Positions 9,191 through 17,752 of a stretch of 64,000 nucleotides of DNA are shown here, piece by piece (positions within the stretch are counted from its first letter, which is position 1; every line of letters begins with the position of its first letter). The translations under genes were made by a program, and so were the position numbers. The notes under the pieces were generated by a model. The model saw nothing but the letters and a program-made list of their open reading frames with translations. It was not told the origin of the DNA and did not search any database. Origin of the DNA: a virus; the IMG/VR virus record IMGVR_UViG_3300027319_000001; one strand, written 5' to 3'.

Positions 9191-9772
9191 ATGCCTACGC
9201 AGACTACTCGACTTAAGGAAGACCCTCTCCGGAGTTTCCGGTTCCGGGTGCAGTTTGGTGACGGTGGTCGCTACCGTTTCGGCACCGGGAATTCGAACTC
9301 CACGGTCGAGGGTACCGCTGGGTTTATGAATGTGTCCGGCCTGTCTATGACAACTGAGGTCATTCCGTACCGTGAGGGCGGAATGAATACGACCACTCGA
9401 AAGATGCCTGGCCAGTCCGATTTCACGCCGATTTCTCTTTCGCGTGGTCTCATTGTCGGTGAGCCCAGCATGATGCTGTGGATGAATGACCTGTTCGACG
9501 CGCTGCAGGGCACTGGCACCACCGGTGGCGGTGGCCAGATCCCTGATTTCCGCGTCAACGTGGACATCTACGTGCTGGCTCACCCGTGGCCGGGTCCGAA
9601 CCCAATCGCTCTTGCTGGCTGGCGTGTCTATAACGCTTGGCCAACCTCTATTTCCTTCTCGGACCTTGATGCTGGTGCCAACTCCATCATCGTCAACCAG
9701 ATGACTCTGGCACACGAAGGGTGGACCTTCAAGCTGAATCCGGACATTAGTGGTACTGGCGTGGTTCTGTAA
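9191..9772 (+). CDS. Tail tube protein
   Basis: DPLRSFRFRVQF... tube-type signature; position directly after the sheath. Confidence 0.85.
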   Translation: MPTQTTRLKEDPLRSFRFRVQFGDGGRYRFGTGNSNSTVEGTAGFMNVSGLSMTTEVIPYREGGMNTTTRKMPGQSDFTPISLSRGLIVGEPSMMLWMNDLFDALQGTGTTGGGGQIPDFRVNVDIYVLAHPWPGPNPIALAGWRVYNAWPTSISFSDLDAGANSIIVNQMTLAHEGWTFKLNPDISGTGVVL

Positions 9773-9834
9773 TTAAATAGATATGGGAAAACGGCCGGAA
9801 GCGGCCGGAACACAGTCGATTAAAAGGAGAAGCA

Positions 9835-10758
9835 GTGGAACGAATTATTGATCCTAATCCGGTCGCTCCGGCCGCGCCGTTGCTGCCTCCCAATGACCCG
9901 GGCAACCAGGCGATTCAGCAGCGTCGGGACCCGTTTGAGGACGCGGTTTCCCCTGTTGAGGACCCGTCTGTCCTCAATAAGGTCGCAGAGGTCCTGAGCA
10001 AGGCCATCGGCAACACCACGATGCCCGCTCCCGTCAGTGATGTCGTCGAACTTCCTGTCGGAATCGTGATTGGCGGGAACGTGGTTCGCCATGCCCGCGT
10101 CCGAGAGCTTACCGGTATTGATGAGGAAGAGATTGTTCGCGCCTCCTCTACCGGTGATCTTGAGCGATTCGTTGATGCGCTTCTCCGTGGCGTGGTGAGT
10201 ATAGGCGATAATGTTGCCTCTGCCGATCTGCTGAACAAGCTCACGGTCGCCGACCGGGAAACCCTGATCATTGGGATCAGAAAGGTAACCTACGGCGAGG
10301 AAATCGAGTTTGAGAAGGTTCGCTGCTTCAAGTGTGAGAAGGACTATTCACTGGTCTATGACCTGAACGATTTTCCGATCAACAAACTCGATGATCCTTC
10401 CCAGGCCATCTTTGAGGTTCAGCTTCGGCGCGGCCGTACCGCTCGCGTCCGTCTTCCGAACGGTTATGACCAGAAGGCGATCTTTTCGGAGATGCGGAAC
10501 AAGAACCTGAACGCCGCTGAGACCGACTCTGTTCTGCTCTCCAGATTGATCGTTGACATCACGGACCAGAACAGGACTTACCAGGTCAGTACTGTTGAGG
10601 ATGCGCGGGCGCTGTCCATGGCAGACCGAAAGGCTATCCTTGACGCGATCAATAAGAAGAAGGTCGGACCCGATTTTGAGAATGCCCTCGTTGACTGTCC
10701 CGAGTGCAATCAGCAGACTCCTGTGCCGCTGAACATCCCCATTTTGTTTCGCATGTGA
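9835..10758 (+). CDS. Putative tail assembly chaperone
   Basis: Sits between tube and tape measure; zinc-ribbon Cys pairs (CFKCEKD, CPECNQQ); function by synteny. Confidence 0.5.
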   Translation: MERIIDPNPVAPAAPLLPPNDPGNQAIQQRRDPFEDAVSPVEDPSVLNKVAEVLSKAIGNTTMPAPVSDVVELPVGIVIGGNVVRHARVRELTGIDEEEIVRASSTGDLERFVDALLRGVVSIGDNVASADLLNKLTVADRETLIIGIRKVTYGEEIEFEKVRCFKCEKDYSLVYDLNDFPINKLDDPSQAIFEVQLRRGRTARVRLPNGYDQKAIFSEMRNKNLNAAETDSVLLSRLIVDITDQNRTYQVSTVEDARALSMADRKAILDAINKKKVGPDFENALVDCPECNQQTPVPLNIPILFRM

Positions 10759-10918
10759 CCGAGAGAGCCTATACGACGCATACGAGCTGCTAATTCTGGC
10801 CTATCCGGGATGGACGCTCTCAGAGGTCAAGAAGATGACCCCTGCTGAACGCCGGTTTTTCATAAAGCGGGCCGAGGAGCGGGCTGAAAGAAAGAGGTTG
10901 TACTTTGAGCGAAACTAA
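10733..10918 (+). CDS. Candidate frameshift extension of the chaperone (+1/-2 frame)
   Basis: Frame +1 relative to 9835..10758 is open from 10733: ...YDAYELLILAYPGWTLSEVKKMTPAERRFFIKRAEERAERKRLYFERN*; the only in-frame start is ATG 10835, so the first ~34 codons need a frameshift. Confidence 0.4.
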   Translation, partial: TSPFCFACDRESLYDAYELLILAYPGWTLSEVKKMTPAERRFFIKRAEERAERKRLYFERN

Positions 10919-13900
10919 CCCGGTAGGCGGGAACATCCCGCCGTCCACCGCTATTCAGGTGGTTGGCGGGAAGCAGCTCAAAGACGCCGCTGAGGTCTTC
11001 AGTCGCGCAACTGAAAAGACGACACAAGCCAACAGGCGGCTCTCTGAGCAGCTGGACAAACTCACCAAAGAGCTGGACAAGCTGTCCAAGGCCCTGAACC
11101 AGCTGCGGGGGCTGTCCGGTGGCTGGGCTAACACTGCTGCCGCCCATCCCGGTACCGGGCACGGGACCACGCCAACCGGCCACGTCACTTATGGCGCGAA
11201 CGGTGGCGGCCCGCGCACTGGGGCTGGGGAGTCTCGTCAAGCTGTCGGCCGCACGCCAACCGGCCACATCACCTACGGTGCCAACGGCGGCTCCGTAGCC
11301 TTCGGTGCACAGCAGCAAGGGCGCACGATCCTTCCCACGGGCCATGTCCAGTACGGACCCAACGGTGGGAACGTTCCCGGCCTGCCGCGAGGCTGGTCCT
11401 ACACGCCATACGGGATCGTGCCGCCTAGATGGGCCCAGTTCATGTCTGGGCTTTCTGGAATCCAGCCAAGGGGCTGGGCAACTCGAAATACTCTGGCTAC
11501 CGCTGCTGGTGAGGGTGTACGTCACATCCTGCAGGGAGCTATCTCGCGTGGCGTTCAGCTGATGCCTGACCAGCTCATGCTGGACGCCATCACCGCGTAT
11601 GAACGTCAGCGTGGACTGGGCGGGCTTACTCAGCTGTCTACGCGGTACGGCATCCTCGGCGCGGACAACCCATCCGGTTGGATGAATGTTGGTGAGCTGT
11701 CGCGGATGAGCGTCCAGAGTGTTCAGGACGCCATCCAAGGTCAGCTTACGACCATAGGACTGACTGGTTCTGGACGTAACGCTCCGTCCCGGATTTCCTC
11801 AATCCAAAGAGCCGCAGACGCTCTCGGTTTCGCTAACCCTGGCGTCAGCTGGTCTCAGAGCGTCAACGTGATCGGGCAGATGCTCAAACCGTCAACACGT
11901 CTGAACTTCATGCTCATGGGTCTGCCCGATCCAACCGCTCCTGACGGTTCTTATCGAGGCAACGCGCGCTTCTTTGACGCTTTCCTGAAGCGAATTTACG
12001 GCGGCCGGGAATCAGTTCCTCCGGACGTTTTTGAGGACGACTTCCGCGAGGGCGGCGTCGGCTTGGAAAACCTGCGGATGCTCGTTGGTGAAGAGGGTGC
12101 TGAGCTGATGCTTGAACCTCTTCGCCGCTACAACGAGGCCAAGTTCCGTGGGAAGAACGTAAGCGACTTCGACACCATCATGGCCGAATCCAACCTGAGC
12201 GGTGAGCGTGGCGAGCGTGCCCGCCGTATCGCTCAGGAGAAGTACGGGTTCGAGCCGATCGCGTACCGGCAGGAGCAGGCGATTGCCGCAAAGGCCCGTG
12301 CCAGCGAACTTGCAGGTCATGACGAGTACATGGACGCCTACAAGGCTGGTGCGGCAGCCGCAGATACCTTTGCCGATGCCGTCCATGAGTTTGTGAATGC
12401 TCCGTTCATCAAGGAGGTAAAGAACTGGACTGAGGCGTTTTTCGGGCGATTTTTTGGCGGAAATAGCAGCGGTCTTCCTCCGGGTAACGGTATTGGTGGA
12501 ACACTGCGAGCGCAAGGGGCGGAAGGTCTTCCTCCGGGTAACGGTATTGGTGGTCTGCTGACCGCACAAGGTCATGAGCCAAAATCCAATGCCAATGACC
12601 CCAGGACTACCGCTTCCGCTGATACCGGTGCCGATGACAAGGAAAGTGGTCCGAAGGAAACTCGGGCGAACCGCCTGGAAAATCTCCGTGAAGAGCTTGT
12701 CGCCTACGCGAAGTCCTTTGTCGGCAAAAAGCTGCGCTATGCCGGAAGAGGTTACGAAAGAAAACGGAACGAGCCGGGATGGGCTGACTGCTCGTCTTTC
12801 GTCTCGCGTGTGTATGCGAGGTTTGGCTACACCGTCGGTCCGACCACCGTTCAGCTTTGGCGACAGGGTGTCGGCGTACCGCTGAGCAAACTCCTCCCCG
12901 GCGACGTGCTGCTGTCCGGTAGTCGTACCGAGGGCGGCGGCGCGGCGCATGCCGGTATCTACCTTGGCGACGGCAAATACATTGACGTCAGCAGTGGGCG
13001 CGGTGACCGGGCCGCGCGAATCCAGCCCATGTCGGCACATCGCTGGGAAGGCGCTCGCCGGATCATCGGCGCGAAGGGCATTAAACAAGGTGATTACGAT
13101 CCGCTGAGCAAGGATGAGCGCGCGAACGGCGGAGGTAGCGGCAGCAACGACGACGGCTCCAGCTCGACGGGAGTCGCAGCGGACAACGTTCGCTACGGCA
13201 TCATGTCCGCTGGTCTTGGTGGCGGCAGCATGGGGTTGGGGTCTCCCAACGCAGCCGCTTACTCTACGTCAGAGTACGCCGCTCTGGCGGCGATCCTTTC
13301 TGGTGGCGGTGGCGGCGGAATGCTGCTCACCGGTGATCCTTACGATGAAGCTGCTGGGGACGAGACATCAGCCAGCTCCGCCGACGCTGCTGACGGCAGC
13401 AGCACCGATAGCAGCACCGACAGTGGCACTGACTCGTCCGACAGCGCCGACGGTAGCAAGCTGCCGAAACGCGGCACGATGCATGACAGGTACGGGCCGT
13501 TCCGTCGGGACAGGTTTGCCAACCCGCGTGACGACAAGACCATTAAATGGGGCGAGAAATATGGTGCTAGCGGCAGATGGACACAGAACTTCGCCCCGAA
13601 GAACGCTCCCAAGCCAAACATTCCCGCGAACAAAGACTACGCGCGACGTGCCGCAAAGGCCAAGTACGGATGGGGTGATGCCGAATTCCGGGCTCTTGAC
13701 CTGCTCTGGCAGTCAGAATCCGGGTGGAATCAATACGCGGATAATCCGTACTCGGATGCCTACGGAATTCCGCAAGCGCTTCCTGCCTGGAAAATGGCAG
13801 AAAAGGGCAAGGACTGGCGGATCAATCCGCGCACTCAAATTGACTGGGGCCTTGAGTACATCAAAAAGCGCTATGGGACTCCATCCAAGGCGTGGGCTTT

Positions 13901-14261
13901 CAAGCGTGCCAAGAACTGGTATGAGAAAGGCGCGTGGGAGATTGAGCAGGATGAGATCGCCCAGCTGCACAAGGGTGAGATGGTCATCCCTGCGCAACAG
14001 GCACGGCGGATCCGTGATGTCCTTCTCGAAGAGAATATCGATCGACCGCGAGGGACGCAGCCGACCTTCACCTCCACGACTGGTGACGGTATCACTGTCA
14101 ATCTGAACTTCCAGCCGGGCGCGATTTCGCTTCACGCCAGTGGCAGTGCTAACGCTGCGCAGTCACTTGCGCGGCAGTTTATCCGAGAATTGGAGAAGAA
14201 GGATCTGTACGCGAAAATCATGAGAGGGGAGGGTAAGACTTTTGGCCCCGTCTCCAAGTAA
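10905..14261 (+). CDS. Tape measure protein with NlpC/P60-like and transglycosylase-like domains
   Basis: 1118 aa; RBS aaagagg + TTG 10905; GWADCSSFVSRVY...HAGIYLGDGKYIDVSS (NlpC/P60-type); WQSESGWNQYADNPYSDAYGIPQALP (transglycosylase-type); Gly/Ser/Ala linkers. Confidence 0.9.
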   Translation: MSETNPVGGNIPPSTAIQVVGGKQLKDAAEVFSRATEKTTQANRRLSEQLDKLTKELDKLSKALNQLRGLSGGWANTAAAHPGTGHGTTPTGHVTYGANGGGPRTGAGESRQAVGRTPTGHITYGANGGSVAFGAQQQGRTILPTGHVQYGPNGGNVPGLPRGWSYTPYGIVPPRWAQFMSGLSGIQPRGWATRNTLATAAGEGVRHILQGAISRGVQLMPDQLMLDAITAYERQRGLGGLTQLSTRYGILGADNPSGWMNVGELSRMSVQSVQDAIQGQLTTIGLTGSGRNAPSRISSIQRAADALGFANPGVSWSQSVNVIGQMLKPSTRLNFMLMGLPDPTAPDGSYRGNARFFDAFLKRIYGGRESVPPDVFEDDFREGGVGLENLRMLVGEEGAELMLEPLRRYNEAKFRGKNVSDFDTIMAESNLSGERGERARRIAQEKYGFEPIAYRQEQAIAAKARASELAGHDEYMDAYKAGAAAADTFADAVHEFVNAPFIKEVKNWTEAFFGRFFGGNSSGLPPGNGIGGTLRAQGAEGLPPGNGIGGLLTAQGHEPKSNANDPRTTASADTGADDKESGPKETRANRLENLREELVAYAKSFVGKKLRYAGRGYERKRNEPGWADCSSFVSRVYARFGYTVGPTTVQLWRQGVGVPLSKLLPGDVLLSGSRTEGGGAAHAGIYLGDGKYIDVSSGRGDRAARIQPMSAHRWEGARRIIGAKGIKQGDYDPLSKDERANGGGSGSNDDGSSSTGVAADNVRYGIMSAGLGGGSMGLGSPNAAAYSTSEYAALAAILSGGGGGGMLLTGDPYDEAAGDETSASSADAADGSSTDSSTDSGTDSSDSADGSKLPKRGTMHDRYGPFRRDRFANPRDDKTIKWGEKYGASGRWTQNFAPKNAPKPNIPANKDYARRAAKAKYGWGDAEFRALDLLWQSESGWNQYADNPYSDAYGIPQALPAWKMAEKGKDWRINPRTQIDWGLEYIKKRYGTPSKAWAFKRAKNWYEKGAWEIEQDEIAQLHKGEMVIPAQQARRIRDVLLEENIDRPRGTQPTFTSTTGDGITVNLNFQPGAISLHASGSANAAQSLARQFIRELEKKDLYAKIMRGEGKTFGPVSK
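11172..11375 (+). repeat. Three in-frame coding repeats in the tape measure gene
   Basis: ccaaccggccac at 11172 and 11256, cccacgggccat at 11334 (periods 84 and 78 nt); peptide PTGH[VI]xYG[AP]NGG three times. Confidence 0.6.
12471..12578 (+). repeat. Tandem 54-nt coding repeat in the tape measure gene
   Basis: ggtcttcctccgggtaacggtattggtgg identical at 12471-12499 and 12525-12553 (GLPPGNGIGG twice). Confidence 0.85.
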
Positions 14262-15159
14262 GAATATCAACCTGCCAGGTGCGGGAAACTGGAATCTTCC
14301 GTTCCATCAGAACCTTATCGGTTACCCGAGCATTGGCGCGATTCCTTCAACGGCGGGGTCTACCAGCATCGGTGCAAAAAATCGTGAAGTATATGTTGAG
14401 CGTGGGTACATCAAGTCAGACCCCAACGCTTATACGGCTGACCAGACGAAGGCTCCCCTCCGGTACCTGTACTTCCTCTATAACCCGTCCACGATTTCCA
14501 CGGGTTACAGCATGCAGACGGATGCGCCAACCATCGCGCTGATGTTGCGGAAGGACAACGGCCGGGCGCAACCGCTTACGCAGCTGCAGCAGAGCTTGGA
14601 CTTCGCCCTGCTGTTCGACCGGACCTATGAGGTCCTTGAAGGTGATACGGAAGGCGCGTGGCGGGATGTGCGCGCTGCACTGGCGCTGGTTGGCGTGATG
14701 GACAACATAGAGGACCGTGGCGGTGATATATACCAGTCTGACTGGAACTTCCAGACTGGTCCCATGCTTCCTCGCGCCATGTACTTCCACTTCGGAAATC
14801 AGCGCGGTGGCATGATGTTCTATGGGATGATCACATCGTTGTCCATTGAGTACACTCATTTTTCCCGCGACATGATTCCCATGCGCGTTGGCATGCGCGT
14901 GTCAGCTCAGCTGCTTCCTGACCCGTCCGAGGTTCCCCTGTGGCAGCCTCCATCGTCCAGGGAACCGAGCAATTACGTAAACCTTCCGGGAGAGGGGAGC
15001 TTCTTTGATTTCGACTCCCCGGATGACTGGTTCTTCGGCCCGGTTACTGCAGAACCAACGGGAAACCGACCGTCGAACAACTCAGTGAGTAACACTCCAT
15101 CATCTGGTGGACTCGTCCCTACTCCTACTCCTGGTCCCCGGCCGACGCCGCCTCGGTGA
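14242..15159 (+). CDS. Baseplate-proximal protein (tube initiator/hub-associated, by position)
   Basis: TTG 14242 overlapping the TMP end; ...LRYLYFLYNPSTISTGYSM...; Pro-rich C-terminus; function from synteny only. Confidence 0.45.
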   Translation: MAPSPSKNINLPGAGNWNLPFHQNLIGYPSIGAIPSTAGSTSIGAKNREVYVERGYIKSDPNAYTADQTKAPLRYLYFLYNPSTISTGYSMQTDAPTIALMLRKDNGRAQPLTQLQQSLDFALLFDRTYEVLEGDTEGAWRDVRAALALVGVMDNIEDRGGDIYQSDWNFQTGPMLPRAMYFHFGNQRGGMMFYGMITSLSIEYTHFSRDMIPMRVGMRVSAQLLPDPSEVPLWQPPSSREPSNYVNLPGEGSFFDFDSPDDWFFGPVTAEPTGNRPSNNSVSNTPSSGGLVPTPTPGPRPTPPR

Positions 15160-15171
15160 TTGGAGCAGAAA

Positions 15172-15438
15172 ATGGCGTGGAGCAGATATGAGGACGTCCC
15201 GATAGAGTACGGCGTCTATCGTGGCCGACTTGTTCGTGGGAAAGCCATTCGGCGCGTGCCGTACAAGCAGTTCGCCTGGACCCCACATAAGTTCAAAGAA
15301 GGGGAGCGGATAGAGCTTGTGGCGGACAGCTTCTATGGAGACCCGTTTATGTGGCCGATCATCGCGGATGCGAATCCAGAGCATTTCTGGTTTGGGAACT
15401 TCGGACCTTCGGACGTGATCAGGGTGCCGTATGTCTGA
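15172..15438 (+). CDS. LysM-like tail protein (P2 gpX-like)
   Basis: ggag + ATG 15172 (track start TTG 15160); ERIELVADSFYGDPFMWPIIADANP resembles LysM-type tail protein X. Confidence 0.6.
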   Translation: MAWSRYEDVPIEYGVYRGRLVRGKAIRRVPYKQFAWTPHKFKEGERIELVADSFYGDPFMWPIIADANPEHFWFGNFGPSDVIRVPYV

Positions 15439-16585
15439 AGCCAAGGTTCACTATGAGGTTTGGATCAACGGCACCAAAAAGATCGAGCCTGGTCCGTACA
15501 GCATGAAGATCACCCGGTCAATCGGGATGAACACCCTCGTTGTCGCCAAGGTCGCCCGGCCGTTTACTCGTGATCCTAATGCGGCAGACCTGCCGGAATC
15601 CGGAACTCCGGTAAAGGTCGTGTGGGGGACAAAACCGGACAAGCTGCGCACGTGGTACGGGTATATTCACTACGCGCAGATCAATGATGACGACCCCACA
15701 GGACCAGCAAATCATGAAGTGGTCGAATACGCCATGCTCGGCACGGGAATGGCACTGGAAAACGAACGGAATCGGGACTGGCGGGAGATCACGGACTCGG
15801 GTATTGCTCTGAAGATAGCGGAAGAGTACGGGCTTGCTTGCGTCGTGCATCAGACTAAGCGTGTCCACAAGTACCTGTATCAACCAGGTGTATCCGATCT
15901 GGAGTGGCTGAGGCAGCGGGCTCGTGAATGTGAGAGACGTGTCCACGTCGAAAACGGCGTGCTTTACTTCGTGGATCCAGCCTCTCTTGCGCTGGCCAGG
16001 AAGCAGCAGCCTATACGTTCCATCATGAACAAGGGGCGCGAGGCTGACGAGGTCAAGAACATCGAGCCGATCTATGGTGCACTTGTGCCTCGTGCAGGCA
16101 AGCAAGCGCAACGTGTTGTTTCCGGCCTGGACATTAAGACGAACCAGCTGCTGGAAACCAAGGCTGTTCCTCAGAAGCCGGTTTTGGAGTGGGTGGCTCG
16201 GGATGCCAATGTTGCAGACGTAGCCGAGCTGTACGAGCGTGCGAACGCTTACAACGTCGAGCACGAGGAATGGCTGCACGCCAAAATGGAGATCGAACAC
16301 TACTCAAATGTCGACCACCTGCCAGGACAGCTGGTCGACATCGACGGTCGTGCAGTCCACCCAACAATGCGGGGAATCTGGATGATCACACAGTCGGAAC
16401 ACTATCTTGAGTCCCGTTTTGTTTCCGGTACTGGTGTTCGGAGGTTTGATTCTGAGCTGATCATCACGAGGAATTCGCCTAGCACCTACAGCCTTCGGGA
16501 TCGGCAAGTGCCAAACATTGACGATGCGTGCATGCTTTCCGGCAACTTTTGGATTAGCGTGAATCAGCAGAAGGTGATCCTATGA
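15431..16585 (+). CDS. Putative baseplate hub protein (gpD/Mu gp44-like, by position and size)
   Basis: 384 aa; overlaps both neighbours by 4-8 nt; sits between the LysM protein and the spike. Confidence 0.5.
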   Translation: MSEAKVHYEVWINGTKKIEPGPYSMKITRSIGMNTLVVAKVARPFTRDPNAADLPESGTPVKVVWGTKPDKLRTWYGYIHYAQINDDDPTGPANHEVVEYAMLGTGMALENERNRDWREITDSGIALKIAEEYGLACVVHQTKRVHKYLYQPGVSDLEWLRQRARECERRVHVENGVLYFVDPASLALARKQQPIRSIMNKGREADEVKNIEPIYGALVPRAGKQAQRVVSGLDIKTNQLLETKAVPQKPVLEWVARDANVADVAELYERANAYNVEHEEWLHAKMEIEHYSNVDHLPGQLVDIDGRAVHPTMRGIWMITQSEHYLESRFVSGTGVRRFDSELIITRNSPSTYSLRDRQVPNIDDACMLSGNFWISVNQQKVIL

Positions 16586-17256
16586 ACCCGAGCGCGCTGT
16601 ATCAGGGGATTGTTGTCTCAAGCCAGGATCCGGAAGGAAAGAACCGGATCACCGCTCGCGTGCCTCACGTCCTTGGGAACACTATTTCAGAATGGGCGCG
16701 TCCTGGTTCTGCCATTCATTGTGAGCTGAAGCCGGGAAGCGTGGTGTGGATCGCCTTCCCGAACGGAGACACCAGGTACCCGATCTACTATCCGCCAAAT
16801 GATCCGGCGATCGGCCGCATCATCCCCGGATATGACCAGATGGCGATCAATGGGCCGTCGTCCGGCGGTATCGTGCTGAACGCAGACGTGCACGCAAAAC
16901 GCGGTGATGGCGGATACGTGAGAGTCTACGCCTCAGAATTCGTCACTGCGTCATCATCCGACTACAAGGACAACATAACCCAGATTCCTAGCAACTATAA
17001 CGCCTTGCAAAAGATTGGGAACGCGCCGGTATACACCTGGACCTATAAACCTTCGTATGCTGCTTCCGGTGGCAGTGGAATCGGTCCGCTGGTCGAGAAC
17101 CTGCCGGACGAGGTCAAGAATTCGGACGGCACAGTGAATCTGTTATCACTTGTGGGTGTGCTTTGGCAAGCGCTGAGAGAACAGCGTCAAATCAACCAGC
17201 AGCTGCAGAACCGTATATCCAACCTTGAGGACTTCATCGGGACAATCGGGGTTTGA
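16582..17256 (+). CDS. Baseplate spike (gpV/gp5 OB-type) with C-terminal S74-like intramolecular chaperone domain
   Basis: GIVVSSQDPEGKNRITARVPHVLG...WARP (spike OB motif); C-terminus SDYKDNI...PVYTWTYKP...GIGPLVENLPDEV...LVGVLWQALREQ...LEDFI resembles peptidase S74. Confidence 0.65.
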   Translation: MNPSALYQGIVVSSQDPEGKNRITARVPHVLGNTISEWARPGSAIHCELKPGSVVWIAFPNGDTRYPIYYPPNDPAIGRIIPGYDQMAINGPSSGGIVLNADVHAKRGDGGYVRVYASEFVTASSSDYKDNITQIPSNYNALQKIGNAPVYTWTYKPSYAASGGSGIGPLVENLPDEVKNSDGTVNLLSLVGVLWQALREQRQINQQLQNRISNLEDFIGTIGV

Positions 17257-17329
17257 TTCAAAATAACGCACCTCCCGAGAATACACTGAAATAGACCTGG
17301 AAGTTAAGATTTGACCGGGAGGTGTTTGC

Positions 17330-17752
17330 TTGTTTGATAATCTTCCGGTCGCCGTTGACCTGCCTTTTCGATTTGAGAATGGGCAGATCGCGACGAATCG
17401 TGACGTCGATCGGCAAATCCGGCAACGGCTGATTGCCATCATCGGGACCAACCCGACTGAGCGGATCATGCTGCCGAATCTTGGTGTTGGCGTCGCACGT
17501 TTCGTCTTCGAACCGGATCCTGCCCAGGTCACCTCTGATCTCACCACAGAAATCAAGAATCAGGCTGCCAGGTATGAACCGGGCGCGACGATCGTCAGAG
17601 TGATTCCTCGCCCAAACGCCAAAAAGGGCGAGGCGATCCTTGACATTGAATACGAACGCACCGACACGCCGGATTCCAACCGTGGTAGCCGTTTCGTCCA
17701 CATGGCTGCTATCGGCCCTGGCGGTATTGTGCACGAGGTGATCCGTGGCTGA
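17330..17752 (+). CDS. Baseplate wedge protein, GPW/gp25 family
   Basis: IRQRLIAIIGTNPTERIMLPNLGVGVARFVFEP is the gp25-like signature. Confidence 0.8.
   Translation: MFDNLPVAVDLPFRFENGQIATNRDVDRQIRQRLIAIIGTNPTERIMLPNLGVGVARFVFEPDPAQVTSDLTTEIKNQAARYEPGATIVRVIPRPNAKKGEAILDIEYERTDTPDSNRGSRFVHMAAIGPGGIVHEVIRG

Noticed and set aside
10725-10793. Conventional -1 frameshift for the tail chaperone
   Set aside because: The -1 frame closes at 10791-10793 after an implausible peptide (…HPHFVSHVTERAYTTHTSC). There is no X XXY YYZ slippery heptamer in the overlap. Only the +1 frame gives a long protein-like extension.
12012-14106. 358-aa minus-strand ORF (12012..13088) and 330-aa alternative + frame ORF (13114..14106) inside the tape measure gene
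   Set aside because: Both overlap the continuous 1118-aa TMP frame, which carries recognisable domains. Both translations are Arg/Pro/Ser-rich artefacts.
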